NCBI GenBank assembly: GCA_023248155.1
Contig: JAHFFE010000007.1
Span: 4,401-68,400, forward strand
DNA length: 64,000 nt
From: Candidatus Omnitrophota bacterium
GTDB lineage: Bacteria; Omnitrophota; Gorgyraeia; 1-14-0-20-64-10
Reading direction: 5' to 3'
Below, one piece after another: positions 20,230-29,200 of this stretch (position 1 is the stretch's first letter; each line of letters opens with the position of its first letter). A model generated the notes under the pieces. That model was not told the DNA's origin. It searched no databases and was given only the letters and a program-made list of their open reading frames with translations. Both the position numbers and the translations under genes were made by a program.

Positions 20230-23200
20230 ATGAATTTAAATCCAAAAAAAATCATCAGCGGCCTTATTGTAGGCACTTTCTTTTTCTCCCAGGTTACGCC
20301 CAGCTACGCGCTGCGCGTTCAGCAGCCAGTCGGCGGCGAAGCCGCTTCGGGGCTGGAAGAGAGACTGATCAGCCGTCCATCGCAAGGTTTTGCGACGCGC
20401 GTTGGCGCTGTGCGCGGTGCGGTTCAGACGGCCCGCCGCTCGGTAGGTGCCAAGCAGGCCTCTGTTGCCTGGAACCTTAAAGACGGGCAATTGAGCCCGA
20501 TTGCGTGGGCGTCGGGTCCGGCACTCCCGAATGCGACTACCGTGGTTCCCGCCGTTTTGTCGCGCGCCGAGCAGGGACTTAAATGGTTGTATGGAAAACG
20601 GTCTTCGGTTGCTGTTGTTGAAAACTCTCTAAGGAACGATTTATTAGGCGATTCGGTCTCCGTTGAGTTGCGTGCCAATCATGGCATGACGCTCGATTTT
20701 GATCGCGGAGACAATGCAGTTCGCTTGGATACGACAATTGCCGAAGAATTGTTCGATTCTACCGATATCGATCAGAACGGTCTTTCGGTTTTATACGGAA
20801 TCGGCTTTTTTTATCAACTGCAGTTGGTGGCTGGTCGTTCTCCTCGGGAAGCGGCGCATCTGACGCTGGCACTCTATCAAAATATTTCCGATACTGAACG
20901 GGCTGCGTTGCTTTCTGTTTTAAGATCTCCGCAAATCGATCATGGCAACCAATGGGCTCGCTTCTTTGAGGAAGGATCTAAGCCGGCGGACTATCGCGGG
21001 ATTGATTCGTTGGAACTTGAAACGCGGCTGGAAACCGAAACCAACACGGACACTCGAACAGCGCTTGAAGCAGTTGTCAATCATCGCGACAAATTGGTTT
21101 CTTGGTTGCTGGGCCAACAGTTGATCGACCTTCCGTACGATCGGACAAAAATGCTCGAAGCGATGACGGCCTTTGAAACCAATGTGGATGCCGGTCGTTC
21201 TTTGGCATTTGAGGCGGTCAAAGGTTTCGACCGTAAAGTTGAACAGGCGAATGCCGATCGAGTCGGCACCATGATTCGCGAAGAGTGGCTTCCGGATAAT
21301 ATGCCATACCCGACACTGCTGGCTGGTCGTTACAGCCGCGCGTTTGGCAACCAGGGCGGGTTGGCAGCCAATGCCGTCTATGTGGAAGCTAATCCGGGAA
21401 TCCGTGATTTAGCCCAGTTGTTGGAAACAGAGGCAAAAGCAGAACAGTTGCTGGCTGAATTAAAAGCATTGGAGAGCAGCGTTCCTGCGCGTGCCTTGCC
21501 GAAATTTAGAAAAGCAGAACAAAGAATCGAAGCATTACTGGTTCAGTTGGGGCCCGGTATTGCGCGCATCCGTTTGCTTGTTTCAGGTCAGGCGGCTGCG
21601 TTGACGCAATATAAAGGAGCACTGCAGCAGATTCGTGAAAATATCACGATCTTTTACCGCGAAGCAGCAAGAGTCATTGAGTCGGCCCGTGACACGGCCA
21701 ATGCGGCCGGCGGCAAAGGAATCCTGCGACGGTTAACACAGAATGTTTCAAAACCATTTCAAGCCGCACAAGAAAAAGTGTCCGAATTTGCGGCCCAGAG
21801 CGGTCGTTTGGCAACAATTACCAATGATTTGGAAACCGCAGCGCTTCAGGCACCGTCACAGCCGGCTGCTTTTAGTGTTTTGTTGCAGCGGCCATCACCG
21901 ACCGGCTCCATCAACTTCAATGCCAACGAATTAGTCGAAAAACCAGAACAGGAACCGGCACTGCGCGAATTGGCCCGATTGGGAGGCCAGAATAGCTATA
22001 CCAGCCCCAGCTATGACTGGGTTTCTGAAGCGACCGATATCATTGAAGCCGCTCCGTTGTTTATTTATGAGCGGACCGTTGTACTGGAAGATGGCAAATC
22101 CGTCACTGTTTTTGAAGTCGACCAGGAAGGTCTCGAGCAGACAGTCCGGCAGATGGCCGATTACTGGGCGCTGAACATTGATAAAACAATCGATTCAGAA
22201 CATCTGGCATTAGCCCGCGAAATTGTTGTTGCCGCCGATCCTGTTCTTTCAGGGCGGGCCGGTCAATTAACAGGGCAGGGCATATCAGTAGAAGCGGCAC
22301 ATCGGCAGGTAATTTATGAAGCGTCTGAGAAGCGTCCTGAACTGCTGCGGCTGGTGGGAACCACGGCTGCCTGGCTGGCCGCGGAATTTGACCGGCGGAT
22401 TACGGAGGTTGAGAAACATACCGAAGCGGAATGGCAGAAAGATCATTTTATCGACCGGATGGAGTCATTGCGCGATGTCGTGGTTACGGGGCGCTCTCCA
22501 TCTGAGTTACTGTCATTGGCTCAGGATGCGATTGGGAGTCATACGGCCGAGGTAGACCGTTTGACACCATTGGCATTACGCCGTCGTAGACCGATGCCGG
22601 CATTTCATTTGTTAACGACGCAAGCGCCTGGCCTCGTGCAAGGTTTCTTTCAAGCGGTTCTTGAAGAAGAGATGGCGTTGCGCAATGTGGCCAAAGCCAA
22701 AGGGTTGGATGATGAGGTTCGCGATCGCGTAAAACGGTACCAGCAGAGAATCGCCGAATTGGGCCGCACCGTCATTCAGGAATTTGGTTATCAGCCGATT
22801 CTGGAACAAAAGAAATCAGAACTTCCGGCCAGTATGGCGGATGACGAGAAGGAACGGCAGGCGATTCAACGGACGATTGCCGATCATATGCCGTTGCAGC
22901 AGGAACTGGCAAAATTGGCAGTGCTGGTTGAGTTTGCGGAAGCCGAAGGAAAACCGATGGATCCGAGCCACCCCGATCCTTCGCAGGTGGAAGAAATTAT
23001 TTCCGGACAAACCGTCGAGTTGACTGCCGAGGCGGTTCGGGCCGTTTGGCAGCGCAACCAGCTGGATCCTGAGCTGGCTAATAAGGTGATAGCGCTTGAT
23101 TCGACGCAGACTGATGAAGCGGCGATTGCTCAGGCGATTCATCAAACACCGATCTATGAAGAAGAACTGCAAAGCAATATCCGCTGGCTGGCGCGTCAGC

Positions 23201-26200
23201 GCGCAATTGACCAATTATCCAGGCAGCACGCCGAGCTTTATCTTGCGGAGCAGGCCAAATCAAATGGTATTAACCCTCCAAATTGGTACAGAAATCATAC
23301 CTCGTTGGCACAAACGACGGCTCGCCGCGAAGCGATTGCCGCGCATAACCTGCAAGGGTTGTTGATGGATCCGCGCTACGCCTATTCCAACGGTGCGTTG
23401 AAAGAAACCAGCGAAGGCCGGCTTCGTCCGACCGGTGCGCGTAAACGGTACCATCTGATTTACGGTCCCAGCCGCGTGAACTTGGGCGCAGGCGAGCGCG
23501 ATTCGGTTGAGGTTTGGCCGCAGTGGGTAGGCGTTACCGATCCGTTGGCGGCCGCACATGCGCTGGCGTTTTATCAGTTGATCAACTTCAATCCTGAAGT
23601 CCGCACGATTATGGAAGCGGAGAACCTGAAAGTTTCTGAGAATCAGTGGACCGCAATGGTGCGCGCGGTGCGCAATGCTGAAGCCTATTTCGTTGGACGG
23701 CTGGGTGTAGGCGATATTGAAGATCTGGCGCATCAATTCAACCGGCGTAATGGTCTGCCCGGCGCCTGGCTGAAAGACGGAGAATCGTACGCGGCCGGAC
23801 CGACCACCGGCTACTGCATTCCAAAAGACCTCTTATTCAAAATGTTCGTTGCGACGGCACTCGATGGCCGCAAGATGACGCAGATCGGTGTTCCGAGACA
23901 TCTGCAAGCCGGTGTCTTTAAAATGATGTCGGAAATTTTAGCGGCTCAAGCTAATTTCGACACGGTCACCGACTGGGAAGCCTGGGCTGCGCAAACAATG
24001 CTTTCCGAAAGTTCTCTTCGAGAACGGTTCGGCGCAGCGGATGGCGGGAAATTAAACCAGCTATTCAGCCAATATGTTTCTGTTACCGGCGGCGTGACGG
24101 CTTTCCATCTGACGAAAATGCTTCAGATTCTTCAGATGGTTGGCGTTCCCAGCCCGACATTAGTCCCAGGCAAAAATCTGCACGACGCGCTTTGGGCGCA
24201 ATGGGCCGACTTGAAGTTGACGCTGGCTGCCGAGCAGGTGAACCGCTCTTTGATTTTCCCGATGACGCGCGAGATTCCCGATGGTGTTGCCGAAGCCCGC
24301 CGCTTGAACCCGGGCGTGAATATTGCTGCTCCGGAACAAGCCTCAATTCATATGTTTGGCACCTACAAAGGCGATGATGTCGAGGCTCCGCCGCCCGATG
24401 TCCGGTTCTCCTGGACGATGCGTGCATTTATGATTTTATCCGGCTATGGAAAAGAAGTAGCGCTTTCCCTGGATGAAGACGGACAACTTTTGGCGCGGTT
24501 AAGCTGGGATGGTTTTCTTCCAGATTCCACGGATGAGGAAGATATTAAAGTGGCTCGGTTTGTGGCGCAGAAATTTGCAGGTAAAGATCAATTCGGGGCT
24601 GAAGATTTCGCGTTAGTTGAAAAATTAAAACAAGATTTTCCGCATCATACGACGGTTGGCAACATCACGATTACGGTGGTTCCGGGCGTTTCGGCCGAAG
24701 ACTTGCTCGGTTTTAACGCCGAGACAAAATTATTGTTGGGCGATCGCGCCGCCGCAGTGCGCGAACTGCTTATCTCGAAGGGTATTAACACCGGCCAGAT
24801 TACCGCGAATGCTGTGTTGCGCCATGAATTTCCGGCAGAATGGATTCCGTTGCTTGATCTTGACGCCAAAGAACAAACTGCTTTGAAAGAGGCGGTTGCC
24901 GGCGGAATTCATCCGTTGGTATTGCAGCAGCGCGGACCGGGTACCGATTTCGAGCAAGATTTGCAGGCGCAGGATGTTGCCGTTTTCTCGGTCACGCATC
25001 CGGGAATTGTAACGATGGATCCGTCTAAATTGCGCGACTTGATGCAATTGGGCCGCCCGAATGGGTTACAGAGTGCGTTGGTGGCGCATGATATGGTGGC
25101 GCAGGGCCGGCACCGCGTCTGGTTTGACCGCGATGTGATGCTTTGGTACGCGGCTGCGCGCGGCATTGATGCTGAAGGTAATCCGATTCAAAATTGGTCT
25201 GACCGTGATCAGCAAGGCCGCAAGGCTGTTTATAAAGCGTTCGGTTATGGTGAAGATACCTACCGGCCGCTTCTGGGTACCGATCTGCGGCAGGAAACAG
25301 CCCGGCAGGAACGCCGCGCCGCCGAATTGTTTGAATTGGTCCGGAGGGTCGCCGATTCTGATTTAACCACGCAAGTCACTGCCATCACAGCTTTGCAACA
25401 GCAACTTGATGAACTACGGACGCAACTGCGTACCGAAGCCGAGCTGGCGATCAAATACGAGCAGGCAATGCTTTCATTCCGCCGCAACAAACCGCGTGAT
25501 CAGATCATCCGCGGCTCGCTGGTGGCGCTGGCGTCCGGAAAACCGGTTGAACAATTTGATTTCGTGGATTGGCTTGCAGTCGGCGGCATTTATCTGCTGA
25601 ACGGCGCGCCGCAAGCCCGGCAGGATGAGGTTCGTTCTGTTTTTGACCGGGCCGGCCAAAAGATGGCTTCCGGCTTGGAAGAAAATCCGAATGTCGCGTT
25701 GTTAATCCGTCCGCGCCTGGAGCCGACTTCATTGAGCCGTGCAGAAAGAAAAGGGGAAATGTTCTCCGTCAAAGCGACTGAAACTTTCGCCGAAAAAGCG
25801 GTTGCCCGCCGCAAGGGTTTGGCGCTGCAAGCCGCGCGCCAGTCAGCGCTGCAGGCACGCGAAGAAGGTTTTCGTTCGATTGAGCCGGTTAATTCCGTGG
25901 ATGGAATTCTGCCTGCACTCAATGAAGCGCGCGCTGCCCTCAATGGAATGACTGAGCAGGTAGCGAATCGATCCGGGAATGCGGCGCAGATTCACCGCCA
26001 GAGCGGGCAGGTGATGGGAACTGCGGTAGCGGTACTGAATCGTTTGAATCAGGAATTAACACCGGGACCAGACAGGGAAGAAGTCGCCAAGAAAATTCAG
26101 GCGCTTTCCAAGGGCCGCGAACTGGATGAGAAAGCATGGAGTTCGTTTGGCGGCACCTATGAAGACGCGGGCGTACTGGCCCGGTTTTTTGAGCAGGCCG

Positions 26201-29200
26201 GCCCGAATCGCCGTGAATTGGTGGCGGCCGCGATGGAACTTTTGTATCTGACGATGCTGATCGATAAAACGGCCGAATTTGCCGCATTGCCATCCGACGA
26301 TGTCGATGCTCGCCAACTTTGGCGCGCGCTGTCCGTTTATTACGCCGAAACGCTTGACGACCATTTTTATGAATATAATCCCTGGGCGTTTGACCCGAAG
26401 CGCGGTTCAGCGTTTGTCGATTATTATGATGATGTTGGCGTCCTTAAACCGGAACATCGTGAAGAGCTGTACGGTCTTTCGTGGGCGCATCATCGCGCCG
26501 CTTATTCCTATATCCGCGCGCTGGTTCGCGCAAAAACCGATTACGGCAAACTTCCAAAAGAGGAGTATAACGCGTTGCTCGGCGATGTAACGCTCGGCGC
26601 GACTCCCGATCAAGATCAATTAGCCGTTCAGGCAATCGGCGCCGGAGCGCCCGGTCCCAATGAGTTGTTTTGGCGCGCCTATGGCCAGTACCGTGAAATT
26701 GCTGTGATGCAGAATGACGGGTTCGGGGTGCCTGTGGTGTTTGACCAGTTTGATCCCAATACTCCGGAAGTGATCGACGCGCAGCACCGGCTGAACTTCG
26801 CGTTTGTTTCGCCGGTAGGGCGGACCCATTATTCGCGCGCGCTGATGTCGGCCGCGCAGATGGGATCGAACATTTTTATTACGCGTAACGCCGTCGTGAC
26901 CGAAGTTGCCGGTTCCAATGGAAAAGTCGCCACGATCTCCGACGCGCAGTTTTGGTTGACCGAAGCGCAGTACCGCGAAGCACTGATTCGTTTCCGCGGC
27001 ATGGCCCCCAGCGATGCCGATGCGCAGATCGCGCAAGACCGTGCAGCCGGGCGGATTACGCCGCTCGGGATTCGCGTAGCGGCCCGCTTTACGCAACCGG
27101 TGGTTATTTCGGCCGGAGTGTATCTGCACCATCATTCGATTGAGCCGGAATGGATTGCCGCCGGTTATCCGGCCACCGACAAATCGCCGGTGGTTTATGA
27201 AATCAGTTACGACAAGGCGCTCTATCCGAAAATTTACAATCCGGCCGCTGATACAGGCGTTAACCTTCCGCCTGAGATCGATTGGATGCAGACCGATACC
27301 GACGATAGACCCGAAACTGATGTAAAGCAAGATATCGCCAAAATGCTAAGGCCGTTTGCCGAAACGCATGGCATTATCGTTGCCAAAGGTTCTTCTGAGT
27401 CGGGCGCGCGCAACTTCCGGCGGTTCGATTTCTTCAATGACAACGGTTTTAACGAACAGGTTCTTTCGGAAGCGGTCGATTTTATTTATGAAGTGTCGAA
27501 GGGTCAGAATGTCACGATCCAGCGCGCTATCATCGTTACGCCGATCGCCTGGATGGACCCCTCGGGCGTGAACGATTTTGTCAGCCGCCAGATCCGCGAT
27601 CATGGCGTGCCGGCGAATATTCACCGCTATCCGAAAGACTGGGTTTACAGCACGCAGAGAATTATTATGTCGGCCGGTATGCCGAAAAATCTGAATGATC
27701 TTGATAATCCTGCCAACTGGGAAGCGTCGCATCCGATCAGCTTAAGTAGTTTGCAGGTGGCGACCAATGTAGGGCGGCAGGGAACGCTGGAACTGCTTTC
27801 TCCCGATTTAATCCGTCCGGAATTTCGCGATCAGTTTATCCAGGGATTGCAGGATGCGGGGCGCCGTTCAATGGCAGCGATGGCCAAATATGCCCGGCAA
27901 TATTGGCATGAAGTTTATTTGCCGGCTTATCGCGCCGCGCATGATGGAGCCGATCCGCCCGAATTCGATGCGACCGGTGTTCCCTATTGGTGGCCGCGGT
28001 ATCTAATGCTCGATTTTCTGGCCGAGCCGGTTTTTTACCGTAATGGAGTGGAAGCGGTCGGCGCCCGTGTGGTTGATGTGATTCCCGGTGACGCCGCGCG
28101 CAATGTTTCGGCCCGTTTCGTTTTGCAGGATGCCGACGGCAACCGGTTCGATGGCGAAATCCGCGGGTTTAAATATTGGCTGCTGGAACCGAATGTCGGC
28201 ATCGGATTGTGGCCGAATCTTTGGAAGCGGGAAGAACTTCACGAAAGAGCGCGCGCCAAAGCGGATGGCAATCGTCCGATGGATTGGAACCAGGTTGGCG
28301 TCAGCGACCGGGTTGTGCTTGGCAATTATTTGGCGGCCGGCGAAGCGTTTATGAAAGCAAAATTCGGTGGTGATCATTATGGTCCGGGCGGCCCGCGCCG
28401 CGATCCTCCGCCGATGGGTCCTACTTCTGCGGACATATCGCCGCCAGCAACGGCAGTCACTTTCGTGCAACCGCTTGTTACGGATGTTACTTCTCTACAG
28501 CGTGTCGAAGAATTGAAGTTGGATCAAGATTTAAGCCACCCGCTTGCTCCGGTGATCGAAATTCAGCAGGAACCGGCGTCCGCTGAGCAGTTGAGGGCGT
28601 TATTACCGCATGCGCAGACATTCGCTGTCGTTACCGGTAAGCGGACGCTGATGAACCACCATGTCTATCCGTTTGAGGTAGGTAAGGGAACTGCGGCGGT
28701 TAATGTGATTGGTGTGAACGACGAATGGTTGACTGCGGATGGAAAAGCCACTCGGCTGATGGTCTACAATCCGGAGACCGGGCGTTATCTGGAGTTTCCT
28801 CTTGAGCAGCCGGTCGCCATTAACTCTGCGTTCATTGTTGAGTTGCCGCAGAGCCGCGAAGTAGAACGTCATCAGGAGTTAACGCAGCTGCTTGCTTCCA
28901 ATGGCGTGCGTGTTGTTAACCAGGCCGGTGAAGCACAGCGGCATATGGATGATAAAGCCTGGTTACGGCATGAGAGGATTCCTGAGGTGTTGGTTCCCAC
29001 CGCGATGGTTGTGGAGAAAAGCTCCTCTACTGGGGAGGCCACACTAGGGATCATCGCACGGGGAAGTCCTGCCGGAATCATCATTCAGCCTCGGTCTGGA
29101 ACGACCGAAGGTGAAGGAGTCGCATGGTTTTCCGCCGCGGATACCGATGGACAGTTGGCGCATTTGCGGAATTTATTGAAGACCGGCGATGCGATGGTCT

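Noticed and set aside
26620-27330. A 236-aa minus-strand ORF, plus many other 60 to 250-aa antisense ORFs inside the giant genes (for example 33132..33872 and 34031..34657)
   Set aside because: They are antisense to ORFs with clear protein homology. They are Arg/Gly/Pro-rich low-complexity translations typical of GC-rich antisense frames.
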